40,666 nt of DNA, taken from the IMG/VR virus record IMGVR_UViG_3300011335_000515, positions 1 to 40,666 of that record; one strand, written 5' to 3'. Below the pieces are notes generated by a model that was not told where the DNA came from, did not search any database, and worked only from the letters and a program-made list of their open reading frames with translations. Positions 25,901 to 34,510 of this stretch are shown here, piece by piece (position 1 is the stretch's first letter; each line of letters begins with the position of its first letter). The position numbers and the translations under genes were made by a program. This stretch comes from a virus (Duplodnaviria; Caudoviricetes).

Positions 25901-27211
25901 CGCGTCAGCGATCTCCGTCATCGCCTTCGTCACCTGCGGGGCGAACGAAGCAGAGGCCGCGACGTTGTTGTTCAGCGGCGTGGTATCGACGGTCTCTGTG
26001 GGGGTGATGACCTGCTCAAGGCGGATGTCGCCACGGGCATGCAACGCTTGCAGCGTCTCGGGGTCGTCATAGAACCCGGCGAGGGCGTCGGGGGAAATGG
26101 GGGAGCCGGGGGGAATGGAGACGGTGTAGTTCTGCCCGTCGAGGGTGACAGGAGTTCCGACATCTGGGGTTGCGATAGGCGCGACTTCACCTTCGTCGGT
26201 GGCTGCGACATTCGCAGCGACACCGGCGGTGGCATCCGGGGCCGGTTGGACGGGCGGCGGGGTGGCGACAGTGGGGATGCGTGGAGTCGTGAGCCGGTTG
26301 AGCGCACCGAACATGCCGCCACCGACAGCGCCGAGAGCAGCGGCTTCACCAGCGCCTTCGAGGAGGCCGGGGGTTTCCGTGCCGAGCGGAGCGAGAGCTT
26401 GGGTGGCGATGTTGCCGCCGACCTGAGCAGCGACTTCTTCGGCCCCTTCGGCGAATGCCGCTTGCCGAATGCCGGGCGCTCCTTGGACCGTTTCGCCGAG
26501 CAGCCGACGAGCGGCTGCCGTTTCAGCGAGAGTGCCGAATGGGAGAGCCTCGCTACCGAGTTCCGTGGCAGCGCCAGCCAGTGTGCGGAGGTAAGCGTCA
26601 GCCCCTTCGAGGCCGTAGCGTTCTGCCTCCTGCGCTCCGCCAGCGGCTCCTTGAAGCCCGGCTGAAAGGTAAGAGGCTGCCTTGGCACCGCGCCCGACAG
26701 CTTGTGCTGCAAGGGCCGCTTGCTCGGCAGCCGTGGCCCCTGCGGCGATCTTCGCGCCCGCTAGGCCCTTGCCAGCCAGACCGCCGATACCTGCTGTGGC
26801 GAACATGCTGCCGACCTGACCACCGACTCCAGCGACCTTGGCAGGGATGCCTTCAGCGTAGATCGGGTTGACAGGTGCCACGTCTTCCAAGAGGCCGCGC
26901 ACACCTTGCCCGGCACCTCGGATCTCTTCGATTCCTGTGAGGGCACCGACGCCCTCGATTGCGCCGGGAACGACTTCGCCGAACCCGCGAGCGGCGGACC
27001 CGAGTGTGCTGGTGATGACGTTCTGGCCCGTGTCATCGGGCTGCTGCATGAAGCTCTGAAACACCGCCAGCTTCCCGCTGTTTGACAGGCCCGTGTACTC
27101 CTCGTCGGCTGCGAAGGATCGCTGGAAGAACTGTTGTTTGAGGGCGAGTTTTGCCTGCGGAGAAAGAGACTGATACTCTTCGTCGCGGGTGATGTCGTGC
27201 CAGTTTGCCAT
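19901..27211 (-). CDS. Giant internal virion/ejection protein (polyvalent-like) with two zincin motifs
   Basis: 2436 aa with a Gly/Ala-rich N-terminal region, a Pro/Ala linker, HEALH (24809-24823), HEMAH (24155-24169) and a helical C-terminus. It ends the structural operon, as podovirus ejection proteins do. Confidence 0.8.
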   Translation of the reverse strand: MANWHDITRDEEYQSLSPQAKLALKQQFFQRSFAADEEYTGLSNSGKLAVFQSFMQQPDDTGQNVITSTLGSAARGFGEVVPGAIEGVGALTGIEEIRGAGQGVRGLLEDVAPVNPIYAEGIPAKVAGVGGQVGSMFATAGIGGLAGKGLAGAKIAAGATAAEQAALAAQAVGRGAKAASYLSAGLQGAAGGAQEAERYGLEGADAYLRTLAGAATELGSEALPFGTLAETAAARRLLGETVQGAPGIRQAAFAEGAEEVAAQVGGNIATQALAPLGTETPGLLEGAGEAAALGAVGGGMFGALNRLTTPRIPTVATPPPVQPAPDATAGVAANVAATDEGEVAPIATPDVGTPVTLDGQNYTVSIPPGSPISPDALAGFYDDPETLQALHARGDIRLEQVITPTETVDTTPLNNNVAASASFAPQVTKAMTEIADAEALSEGAERNRAVIAEAAAKLRGEAPSEVSAGLQAAIPPVAVTPAQETPVAPAESDGGSLGQVTPAAGGSSPDVTENTVPQEPVVSSAEIAPADDPFAAEVVDNTAAPAIPATPEAIAPVSEVGKTSGTPEVAGSEPAQAPVVEGIAAPKPTKPKRPKKAPTPPAAEVQQQPIEETPAAPTPLAGPLRPKFEAGETVTFKVNGQPVIGTIQRVSGGGSATVTYNWNGKKEQEIVLRTSEIQRPVLAVAEEPNYKYTQEQNARKAARFGLPTEPGVTVGAGSVIKNALARIASDTAMPQMLRAVARALQNQNYDGVDLRIEADGRRWYAGYYLNDNGITEIGINLRLVGRGQVDAVSVLLHEALHHVTLAKVRDPQGEIETQAVEALDTLRKRIKVYAGMQQKATKFSYELGTVDEFITALFTRPDFQDFIAGIPDTFTPGTPGSKFRSALSEVFRAIAQLVTGQKVQKGGILDQSFASTLALFETPQRAARGQSVDYTPAATDATAATEPVFTPDEARAILTKRFGKAVADKFNIEVMAPRRMGNREVEVDAELRGGTISLNLKFMDSEELLIQKAEHEMAHAVFSDKSVQDAWRGLSASMPPDVRTRITDRMKEAGYDYRVLNEEVLVRFLEEVRANTSPSKWKAFMDAVIDAFRRFFGAMPDQRTARLAAARIIAAGEAAVARGLDPSKQAFGQSVATPRDTVPSRKYPGMIGLEQAKPHREVIKEAQEAITRYKKASQSKDKIKVLEDARDAILRDPDLSLSTKAVALDLMAQQGSVLADLEQLDSDSQVKLDDYSMMTASASGVLESDPAGFANFKFTTIDALMEMASEAGRTLNIWNAIARLTPEGFLRSQERIRTRKVNEATEQQFGATNVMSEIEKLWRMMQEAGATDRGLAIAAALKAFMPSRKNAAALIDKLFPQAGIRDRMTKGGEALVRDFFQMMAGPRDPKGPLAEFDESIQSALSSMLRKVMEARGLVADNQTVQATDIDKLVRSVSADPLRFDKIAAADAAMQDELAKIEDDERRATLQQAWEEATSKMYTNVANEATLRRAVNAELKGEGVKWNEMFDKGQKPAALRAKVVDAVMTKVGALLTDPTDSTVKANLDMLRSEVGAAFDFIAETKRVQWLAYRAGVEARRRVAERRKDMLAALRNRGVAESALMRLNEKMAGPQRPGAEPNPVTTLIGEHIKTPVEGFIDKLVALGVEKETAEALDAISGTVRADLAKLAEANAVKRLTESLKPKTRAAKSAIPRLLRVLLEAGKTGAFDSKAFNDALGEAFDFPPMTAEQEAEIRRMVTEINKLPQGAARVDKQQELQNYVALVQGVPARDMLLSALYANWLSGLSTQAIGLTGNLANMGLRSFFLFLTSHPEDFANYLRGALGAGLRAGAMESKAALGSFSKWAKNEPEQVRGQFKVGKLDNPEIANALEVLLRKGPSTPAEWVAYIASFGTRMRAVFRVMSAIDTLFWNSAREGMYHLAASRTARKTAKEKGMTKEEANAEFIRQLGGGPEVFEAALKDAEAELKKAGQPADMLTMTRMAYEAIDKARVEVNPEAVTAANRFAFRMVLQQEPEGSGKLISKLISVLQKELNVAGFPLGQMLVPYNKIVSSLFEQSLDYTGLGIVRWALGMHISDARIDWSRKGMPGIAPVKGATMFSETEARERAMAGFVGLTLSAAAYVAAKANMDDDDDEVSFMLCAFGPTDKNKRDQMPDGWVPFSIKIGDTYYRYAEWPFGMVLAGFGAALDAERYGNMKEKDTLDRIGYSAMLGLKGFMTQGVLSNVDTAIDVIMFKATGKKYTDIPINAAKGLIPAQGALRDISRMFDNTKISNDDVASALIKDIPVVKSWGTKPELNVFGEPVMQDGVAVLSRFVTQRRPHPAADYLTRNKLYIPGMDETVTIGQYLPPTERDRFKRRAMQMQAMENGVFTPEQNYNFRERAGELTKSAVERIMKQAPAVKTEQQRKAVQNLIDKQVGLARRRAMVEAVPYQPPPAQ

Positions 27212-27213
27212 GG

Positions 27214-28632
27214 CTACTTAGTAGTTGCTGGAAGATATTTATCCATAAGTTTTGATCCAACGATGCGTTCCTCCGGGGAGATGTCCAACCGTTGGTCTAT
27301 CGGAGCTTTGACGAGGTTGCGCTTCTTGAGGAACTCGTCCGCCCATGCTTCCGCGAGTTCGCGGTTGTCCACGCCTTGAAGCCCGGTACGCTGGTTGCCG
27401 GACTCGACGAAAGCGACCTCACCGGGCCGCAGCCCGATTTTTGCCAGGGCGTAATCGCGTGCTCGGACAGTGCCGGAGAGCGGTGTGCTGCCAGCGACAG
27501 GACCGATGGCCGCGAGGGTGCCATCGTCTACAACTGGGTCGTCGTTCAGAATGGCGCGAGCGATGGCTTCGAGATCCGTGGTTGTGGTGCCGGGGAGGGC
27601 GCGGTCAGGATACACCTGTGCGAGTTTCTGCTGCAATGCCTCCTTCTGCTGGGTCCATTGCTCGCCAATCGCCTTCTTCTCGGCAGCGACATCCTGCACC
27701 TTCGTGCTGTTGAGTTGCGCCAAGTATTCGGGGATCTGGCTGTAGGGGACGTTGGCCGGGATGGCCTGCGGCGCGGGGGGGGTGGCCACGGGTAACGCGG
27801 CAGGCGGGGGTGGCGTAGCACCGGAAGCGCCAGCCGCGTTGCCCTTGGCGACATCGCCTACGATCTGTTTCTGGGTGCCGGTCTCCACTGGTTTGAGGAA
27901 ACGGCCACGAAGGATGCCTGCGCGTTGCTGGTTGATTTGCCCCAGCTCGTCCATCTTGGCAACGTAGGCATCGTAGCCTTCTTGCCCCTCCGAAGGCTCT
28001 AGCCCGAGGTTCCTCTTCCGCATCCTTTCAAGATCATCTTCGAGGAGGCTTGCATACTTGTCCATGTCGGCGAGGCTGTCGCCGCGACCTTTCGCGGATG
28101 CCCGCAGCTCGGCAGCGGTCAGCGGGTCGATGCGACCCTGCAAACCTTCGAGTGCGGCGCGGGGGACCCCCGCCTCCACCAACCCGATGCGCAGCTTCAT
28201 GTCTTCCTCGTCCGCCTGAGCGTCGTCGAAAGCGTTGTTCGCGCCCATGCCTGCTTCAATATTCTGGTAGAACTTCTCACGGGCGGTGGGCGACAGCTTG
28301 TTGGCGAGCGACCGTGACAGCACGGCGTCCGAGTAGCTCGGCCCCCGCTGCTGCATCTGCTGATACCGCATGATGTCGCCGTAGCGGCTCGACCCGGCCA
28401 TCGCGGCGTCGGGGTTCTGCCGCACGAACTCGTCGGCAGCAGCCTCGGCCTGACCACGACGCTCGATGTCGGCGAAGTCCTGCTCCAGCTTCATCTGTGC
28501 CGCTTGCGTGATGCGGTCGTTCTGCACAGCCTGAGCCATACGTGGGCTACTCGCTCCACGATCTTCGGGAAGCCCGAACATCTGGAACAGCGGGCGGCGG
28601 GAGATACCGAGTTCTTGGAAGGGGTCAGCCAT
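27214..28632 (-). CDS. Putative internal virion protein
   Basis: 472 aa, helical and Gln/Ala-rich, directly upstream of the giant protein. Confidence 0.6.
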   Translation of the reverse strand: MADPFQELGISRRPLFQMFGLPEDRGASSPRMAQAVQNDRITQAAQMKLEQDFADIERRGQAEAAADEFVRQNPDAAMAGSSRYGDIMRYQQMQQRGPSYSDAVLSRSLANKLSPTAREKFYQNIEAGMGANNAFDDAQADEEDMKLRIGLVEAGVPRAALEGLQGRIDPLTAAELRASAKGRGDSLADMDKYASLLEDDLERMRKRNLGLEPSEGQEGYDAYVAKMDELGQINQQRAGILRGRFLKPVETGTQKQIVGDVAKGNAAGASGATPPPPAALPVATPPAPQAIPANVPYSQIPEYLAQLNSTKVQDVAAEKKAIGEQWTQQKEALQQKLAQVYPDRALPGTTTTDLEAIARAILNDDPVVDDGTLAAIGPVAGSTPLSGTVRARDYALAKIGLRPGEVAFVESGNQRTGLQGVDNRELAEAWADEFLKKRNLVKAPIDQRLDISPEERIVGSKLMDKYLPATTK

Positions 28633-29573
28633 TATCGTAGAGTTGGGATGTTGGTTCGACCGAATACGCCGCTGACCATGTCAACAGTAGCTCGTGCTCC
28701 GCCACGGGAAGATTTAGCCTCGTCGTTGAGGAAGTTGTAGGCGCGAACCATGGAAAGGTCCGCCGATGCCATGTCGCTGCCGTCCTCGAACAGCCACGCA
28801 CGGATGCCAGCACGAAGGGCGGAGATGTTGCCGGGGATAACCCAATCGGTCTCAGCGACGACAGGGATGTATCGCCGCTGGCAGATGACTCGAATAGCCT
28901 GCTCCGCTTCGCCGGTCTTGTAGCGACGATACATGGGTCGGGTCTCGTTGGGCTGGTACTCAGCGATTTGGGTTTCGGTCGCGCCGTCCCACACTTTCAA
29001 GTAAACACGGTTGGAGGTCGCTGGCTTCTGAGCGCCCGTCACCTCGGAGAACTGCGCCGTGGTGGCGACGTAGGGGGCGGCGAGCGTCACGTTCACGCCC
29101 TCGTTGCCCGAGGAGTCGTAGATCACGTCGCCGTTCTCATCCTTGCCGAACAATCGGACCACATCGCCGTCGTCGGCGGCGGAGGAGTAAACACGAATCA
29201 CGCCAGCCGTCTCGATGTTGACCTGCGTGGCGAAGCCGTCGCCCATGTCCATGAGCTGACCGGGCCACTTGTAAGTTTCGTCGAACTCGCCCGGACCCTG
29301 CTCCACATACTCGTGGAACTGCGTGAACACGGGTGCGGGGCATCGGTCGTATGTCAGGCCGAGCACCGAGAGGTAGTCGTAGGGAAGTGTGATGAAGCCC
29401 GTCGAGGAATTAAACACCGTCGAGACGATGCTGCCCTTCCACTTCCCCGAGGTGATGAGACGCTCGCGCACCTCGTTGAGGATGCGAAGGAACTTCGGAT
29501 CGTTCGGGTCATCGACGTTGATGAGGTCGTAGAGTGCAGCGCGGGCGTCCGCCAATGTGGTGCGTGTGTCCAT
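28632..29573 (-). CDS. Putative tail tubular/head-tail adaptor protein
   Basis: ATG 29573 (TAATG overlap). TLADARAAL..ILNEVRERL..ITLPYDY N-terminus and a helical C-terminus resemble podovirus adaptor proteins. Confidence 0.55.
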   Translation of the reverse strand: MDTRTTLADARAALYDLINVDDPNDPKFLRILNEVRERLITSGKWKGSIVSTVFNSSTGFITLPYDYLSVLGLTYDRCPAPVFTQFHEYVEQGPGEFDETYKWPGQLMDMGDGFATQVNIETAGVIRVYSSAADDGDVVRLFGKDENGDVIYDSSGNEGVNVTLAAPYVATTAQFSEVTGAQKPATSNRVYLKVWDGATETQIAEYQPNETRPMYRRYKTGEAEQAIRVICQRRYIPVVAETDWVIPGNISALRAGIRAWLFEDGSDMASADLSMVRAYNFLNDEAKSSRGGARATVDMVSGVFGRTNIPTLR

Positions 29574-30082
29574 TAAGAGGCGAAGCGTTGGCGTGGGGTT
29601 TGCTGACTCGGGGGCTGGTAGCTGCCGCGACGTTGGAGGTTCTCCCACGAGCTTGCGTTACGCTGGTTCTGGAAGTGCTGGTTGAGGCCACCCCCGCCAG
29701 CGGAACCCATGTAGTTCTTCTTCATCGGAGTGGATGACCGTTGGGGGCGACGGTTGGGTGTGGGCGGACCCCCTTGGCCTCCGTTGTCTCCCCGCCCCTC
29801 TTCGTAGTCCTCGGGGGGCTTGATCTCGTTGATCTGGCCGGAGCCGTAAAAGGACGCACTCTCAATCGGGGCACCGCTGAACTGGCTGGCGGACATGCCA
29901 GCGGGCGCGGGAGTGAATGAGGATATGTCGGCGATGCCGCCTGTGTCCAACGCTGTGTAGTTGGTCTGACTGCCATTCCGAAAGTTCGCCATCGCGGCCT
30001 GCCCTTGGCGCTGGTAGAGGTCCACAGCTTTGTTACTGCGTTGGATGCTTTCGCGGATTTTGGATGCCCAGTCTTCGGCCAT
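29573..30082 (-). CDS. Hypothetical (probable virion) protein
   Basis: 169 aa, Gly/Gln/Ser-rich, coupled within the structural operon. Confidence 0.55.
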   Translation of the reverse strand: MAEDWASKIRESIQRSNKAVDLYQRQGQAAMANFRNGSQTNYTALDTGGIADISSFTPAPAGMSASQFSGAPIESASFYGSGQINEIKPPEDYEEGRGDNGGQGGPPTPNRRPQRSSTPMKKNYMGSAGGGGLNQHFQNQRNASSWENLQRRGSYQPPSQQTPRQRFAS

Positions 30083-30083
30083 A

Positions 30084-30881
30084 TTAGGTCATACCTTTCG
30101 TGGATTGGATTGCCTTCCGGCGAGCGAGAAAGCGCTTCATTTTCTCCGGCTTGCCGAACTCGTCGATAACGGTGGCAGCGGGTCGCGCTTCGCCGGGTTT
30201 CAGCATCTTCACTGAACCCTTGCCGTAGCTTGACTGAACTTCGCTGAGTCGCCCGTCCGTGAATTTGTCCATGCGCCCTGTGGCCGCGTCACGGAGCATC
30301 TGGCGACGCTGCGCAGCGGTTACACCTGCCGATACAGCGGGGGTGACGGTGGTTTCGGTGACAGAGAAGTCGGGGCGCAGCTTCTCAAGGTCAACACCAG
30401 CGACGCCCGCGAGGGTACCTTTATCTGCACTCGGGGTAGCCGCCTCCTTGGCCTTCACTTCGATGATGTCACCGAATTTGTTCATGCGCTTGCCTGAGTT
30501 CTCGCGGTTGTATTTACGCCGGATGTCAGCGAACGAGCCATTCGCTTTCGCGGCGGCAATGTTGCCCTCACGCGTGGGGGCGGACTGCGAAGCGTCGCGC
30601 ATGTAGTCAGGGCGCAGCCCTTGCTTGCCGATTTGGTAGCCCATGCTCGCGGCGTCCTCACCGATCTCACGGGCGGACATGCCGGGGCGGCGTGGGTCCG
30701 AGAACGCGGGAACACCACGGTTCTGCAAAGCGTAGAAAGAGTTCAGGCCCGACATGTAGCGAGGGTTCCTCGGACGGGCGTCAATGCGTCCGGCGGACTG
30801 GAAATACTCACGAGGTGTTATCTGACGAGAGCGACCAGCTTCGTCGAAGATCATCGTATCTCTGGAAATGGGCGGAGGCAT
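30084..30881 (-). CDS. Hypothetical basic (probable virion) protein
   Basis: 265-aa Arg/Lys-rich ORF preceded by a promoter-like sequence. Confidence 0.6.
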   Translation of the reverse strand: MPPPISRDTMIFDEAGRSRQITPREYFQSAGRIDARPRNPRYMSGLNSFYALQNRGVPAFSDPRRPGMSAREIGEDAASMGYQIGKQGLRPDYMRDASQSAPTREGNIAAAKANGSFADIRRKYNRENSGKRMNKFGDIIEVKAKEAATPSADKGTLAGVAGVDLEKLRPDFSVTETTVTPAVSAGVTAAQRRQMLRDAATGRMDKFTDGRLSEVQSSYGKGSVKMLKPGEARPAATVIDEFGKPEKMKRFLARRKAIQSTKGMT

Positions 30882-30886
30882 TCCCC

Positions 30887-30914
30887 ATCATAACGGTCAA
30901 CAATTATCTGTCAC
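30887..30914 (-). promoter_or_regulatory. Putative sigma70-like promoter (leaderless)
   Basis: Minus strand GTGACA-16 nt-TATGAT, with the -10 box ending 5 nt before ATG 30881. Confidence 0.55.
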
Positions 30915-30922
30915 GGGATTTT

Positions 30923-32179
30923 TCACCAGATAGCCCCTCGATGCTTGCCGAGGATCAGCATGCTCTTCCACCAGTGGGTCGCTTCCGCCTCTTTCAGGAC
31001 TCTCTCAGCCCACTCTGGCTGGAAGAAGTAAACCTTCACCCGGCCTAGCTTGTGCATCATGCGGGTCATAGCGTAGAGGGGGGCCGAGTCCTGCCTCATC
31101 TCTACGAATCGGTAGGGGTACCGCATCGGATCGAGAGACGCCCATGACGAAGACCATGCCTGAAAGCAGCGGTTGATGGTGTCAACTGCCTCTGTCTCCA
31201 GCCCACCCATCATTTGCTGATACGCGAGAAGGCACCCAACCCGGATCAAGTTGAGCACCGCTCCGGGATTCTCTGCGAGGAGTTTTCCGTCCTGCGCGGT
31301 GGCGACATACTCTTTGGCGCGGGGCTGCCATTCTTTTCCCTGCTGAATATTGAGAAACACCTCGGCGGCAAGCTGTGAGGTGCGCCAGCGGGCCTCAATC
31401 TTTTTGTCGTGCATCGGCGGAATAGCGACGTTGGCGACGTTTTGGAGCCAGTCTGCGTACGTCACCTTCCCGTCTAACGCTCGATAGGTCAGCCAGCACT
31501 TCGCATGCGCCCGCTGCCCCGCCGAGTATTTCGCGATGTCGGTGTGCAGAGCACCCCATGCCGTGCTGAACTGATCTTTGAGCCCGGTCTGCGAACTGGG
31601 GAACAGGCACACAAGCTCATGCTCGAAGTGCTCCTGATCCCACGGCTTCGGTTTGCCGTGATACACGACCACCCCAAACTCGGTAGACTTACCATGCTTC
31701 TTATATGACACCACCATCGGAGGGAGGAGGAATCTAACCCTGCCACCCAGCTTCCTCCATACCCACTGCTGGTCTCCCCCCGGATGCTGCATCTCCGACT
31801 CAGTAAGGCCGTCAAAAACCTGCTTTCGGGGTTTGCCATCCCACACCATGACTGAGCTGTTGAGGGGGCAGCCACCCGGCTTGAATGCATCCTCCATCGC
31901 GTAGAACTCTCCCGCGTCGAGGGAGTCTAACCAGTCGAGATTCTGCACGACGACATCCAAATCGAGGTAGCATACCGGCCCATCGAAGGTGTGATCGAAC
32001 AACTCCAGCTTCGACCACCAGCCAGCCAGACCACGACTGAGAGGCAGCTTTGGCTCGGTCACGTTGGGGTCGTCTGTCAAGCACACCACAGGTCGCCATG
32101 CCTGAGCACGAAGCCGCTCGACGTGTTTGGCGGTGTACTGGCCTCCCGTTTTAAGGACGCATATGATTGTGTGTTTCAT
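30923..32179 (-). CDS. Glycosyltransferase (GT8-like GT-A domain) fused to an unknown C-terminal domain
   Basis: VCLTD, GWWSKLELF, YLDLDVVV (DxD), LNSSVMVW, GGDQ and YHGKPKPW. Confidence 0.85.
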   Translation of the reverse strand: MKHTIICVLKTGGQYTAKHVERLRAQAWRPVVCLTDDPNVTEPKLPLSRGLAGWWSKLELFDHTFDGPVCYLDLDVVVQNLDWLDSLDAGEFYAMEDAFKPGGCPLNSSVMVWDGKPRKQVFDGLTESEMQHPGGDQQWVWRKLGGRVRFLLPPMVVSYKKHGKSTEFGVVVYHGKPKPWDQEHFEHELVCLFPSSQTGLKDQFSTAWGALHTDIAKYSAGQRAHAKCWLTYRALDGKVTYADWLQNVANVAIPPMHDKKIEARWRTSQLAAEVFLNIQQGKEWQPRAKEYVATAQDGKLLAENPGAVLNLIRVGCLLAYQQMMGGLETEAVDTINRCFQAWSSSWASLDPMRYPYRFVEMRQDSAPLYAMTRMMHKLGRVKVYFFQPEWAERVLKEAEATHWWKSMLILGKHRGAIW

Positions 32180-32796
32180 GGCAGCGGGGCGAAGATCATA
32201 TCTCGTCCGATCTTGTCGGCGACGCGGTATCCTTGCGCTTCTACAAAGGTTTTCAGGGCGTCGTTGGAGTAGCCGAACTGAGCGCCGAGACCCTTCATCT
32301 CAACAGCGATGACAGGACGGCACCTTTTGATCGTCTCCACCGCGCCCTTGAGCGCGGGAAGCTCGTATCCCTCAACATCGAGTAGCAGGAAGTCGAGCGC
32401 CCCGAGGTGGGCATCGTCCACCCTTTTGACAGGAACCCCTTTCTCTGACGCCTGAATCATCGTAGCCCCATAGTTGGTTGCCTCGTGCGGTTGGCGGAAG
32501 GTGGACACCCGGCCATATGAGTCACCGATTGCGGAGTGATGAGCTACCACGTTGGGGGCTACCACATTCCTCACAAGGCACTCCCAGTTATCGGGGTCTG
32601 GCTCCAACGTGACAACCAAATCGAAGGACCGAGAAAGCTCCTGTGCATAGACGCCGACGTTACCACCCGCCTGAATGCAGGTACGCTTCGATTTGCAATG
32701 TTTAAGGTAGGATGGCAGCAGAGCGACTTCTCGCATGACCGCCTCCGCTGTGCGCTGGTCTGCGTCGGGCCAATAGTAGTTGCTGTAGAGCTTCAT
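32176..32796 (-). CDS. FkbM-family methyltransferase
   Basis: IQAGGNVGVY, LEPDPDN and DFLLLDVEGYELPALKGA..RPVIAVE. Confidence 0.9.
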   Translation of the reverse strand: MKLYSNYYWPDADQRTAEAVMREVALLPSYLKHCKSKRTCIQAGGNVGVYAQELSRSFDLVVTLEPDPDNWECLVRNVVAPNVVAHHSAIGDSYGRVSTFRQPHEATNYGATMIQASEKGVPVKRVDDAHLGALDFLLLDVEGYELPALKGAVETIKRCRPVIAVEMKGLGAQFGYSNDALKTFVEAQGYRVADKIGRDMIFAPLP

Positions 32797-33506
32797 ATCT
32801 CAAAGGTGACTGTGTGCTTGTGCTGCAATGCCATAGGTTGCATCGCTTGAAGCTGCGCTCCGAATACGCGAGATTGCGTGCGAAGAGCGGCCAGCTTCCG
32901 TTTCAGCGGGTACCCTGCGGCGTGAAGGCAGCGAACCTCGCGGGGGGTAAACGACAGCACGCCCCATTCAACCGCTTTGTGGTAGTAGTTGAACGAGTAG
33001 GGGAGGAGCGTGACCGGGATGCCAAGCTCAAGCGCAGCCCGGTTGATGTAGTATTGATCCGTGGTGTCGTGTGGCTTCCACGCTTTCCCCGCCTTCACCT
33101 TCGCAGCAATGCTGGATGCCAGTTTAAACACTTCGCGGTTGGTTGGCTTACGAAAGTCCACCTTCATAAGCCCGGTGTTGAAGTAGCGATCACGAAGGAG
33201 GCCACCCTCCTCGAAGGGTTGCTGGCAGTCTTTGAAGCAGAACGACTCGGGGTGGAACACGCAAGGGTCATGCACGACAGCCCAGTCAGGGAGCTTCGAG
33301 AAGTCAGTCTCCCGGATGACCCAGAGATCAGAATCGAAAAACAGGGTGTCGGCACGCGAGCGCCAGATTTCCAGTTTGGCTGTGAACCCGTTGGCGTCGG
33401 ATGCGCTGACAACGGTCGTGCGAAGGCCAGTTGCTTTCTCGAACCTTTTGCGGGCTTCGAGGGTGAGGCGTTCGTAGGATGGGGTGGATACGGTCAGACC
33501 TATCAT
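32793..33506 (-). CDS. Glycosyltransferase (GT8-like)
   Basis: KL..LFFDSD (DxD), YFNTGLM, TDQYYIN, LPYSFN and LHAAG. Confidence 0.85.
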   Translation of the reverse strand: MIGLTVSTPSYERLTLEARKRFEKATGLRTTVVSASDANGFTAKLEIWRSRADTLFFDSDLWVIRETDFSKLPDWAVVHDPCVFHPESFCFKDCQQPFEEGGLLRDRYFNTGLMKVDFRKPTNREVFKLASSIAAKVKAGKAWKPHDTTDQYYINRAALELGIPVTLLPYSFNYYHKAVEWGVLSFTPREVRCLHAAGYPLKRKLAALRTQSRVFGAQLQAMQPMALQHKHTVTFEI

Positions 33507-33515
33507 CAAGTCAGG

Positions 33516-33689
33516 CTAGCCTTGGTAGGAAAACCTTTCAACCTTTACTTTGGCTCCCGGCATCGGCTGAACGACAATCGTGCGGGCGTCTCCGCTCTGA
33601 GTCACTCCGATGTTGTCCATGCCCCAAGTCCAAGGACGGCGCAGGAAAGGCGAGTCCGCCTCGAAACTGCCTGCGGTGGTGGTAATCAT
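33516..33689 (-). CDS. Small hypothetical protein (57 aa, not in the ORF track)
   Basis: ATG 33689 overlaps the upstream TGA and reads MITTTAGSFEADSPFLRRPWTWGMDNIG...ERFSYQG*. It fills the operon gap. Confidence 0.55.
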   Translation of the reverse strand: MITTTAGSFEADSPFLRRPWTWGMDNIGVTQSGDARTIVVQPMPGAKVKVERFSYQG

Positions 33690-34510
33690 TGGAGGGTGGT
33701 CTCAGGTTGCGGTGGCGGATAGATTGTCACGCGCTCGCGCAACCACAAGCCGTTTGTCGGCTGCTGCTTATCCTCGATCACAAAGGGTGACCAATCGGTG
33801 AAATTCGTCGCCGGGAACACCGTCTTCGTTGGGTCGCGACCGAGCGGCGGCGTGGCCATGCCGACGCCCGGCACGATGCTGGCACCGGGCACGAGTTCGC
33901 GGAACGTGATGTCGCCATGCAGGCATCGCGGGAAATCGACGTTCACTCCGAGGTAGGAGGCGTTCACGTCGGTCGGCACCGGCTGGTCGTGGGTAAGCTC
34001 TTGCTCACCCCACGGCGTCTCGGCGAGGAACTGCTCGACCTTGATGACCGACGACACGCTGACCGATGGCCGGTAGCGGTAGCGGGGGAACAAGGATGGT
34101 GAGGTCACAGTGGCCGTGCCGTTGTAGGTCGATTGCACGAACGTCGTGGATTGGACGATGTACACGTCCTCAAGGACGGCAGGCCACACATATCCACGGG
34201 TGTCGTAGAACGTGCGGAACGGGGTGTTGCGTTGAGCGGGCGTCTTGTTCTTGCCGAAGTAAAACCAGAGATACTGGTCCGTGCGTTCGCAGTGGGTGTA
34301 AACGTAGTCCTTAAACCCCTCGAATGTGATTCGTGGTTTCGTCTTCAACCAGTCCGCCGCTGCGTAACGGGTGCCGTAGGTCGGCAACAGCGTCGGTTGG
34401 AAATCTTTGGCGTCCTCACGCACCCGGAACGAGAACTGACTCGGGTCGGGTGAGGGCAACAGGTCGAAGTATCCACCTGTTGGGCCGCTGGGTGGCTTCG
34501 TGGAGGGCAT
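33686..34510 (-). CDS. Putative virion structural/tail protein
   Basis: ATG 34510 (TAATG overlap); Pro/Thr/aromatic-rich and beta-like, within the structural operon. Confidence 0.6.
   Translation of the reverse strand: MPSTKPPSGPTGGYFDLLPSPDPSQFSFRVREDAKDFQPTLLPTYGTRYAAADWLKTKPRITFEGFKDYVYTHCERTDQYLWFYFGKNKTPAQRNTPFRTFYDTRGYVWPAVLEDVYIVQSTTFVQSTYNGTATVTSPSLFPRYRYRPSVSVSSVIKVEQFLAETPWGEQELTHDQPVPTDVNASYLGVNVDFPRCLHGDITFRELVPGASIVPGVGMATPPLGRDPTKTVFPATNFTDWSPFVIEDKQQPTNGLWLRERVTIYPPPQPETTLQ

Noticed and set aside
20180-26871. Many 100-335 aa ORFs overlapping the giant gene
   Set aside because: They are antisense or alternative-frame products of high GC3, with no recognisable domains.
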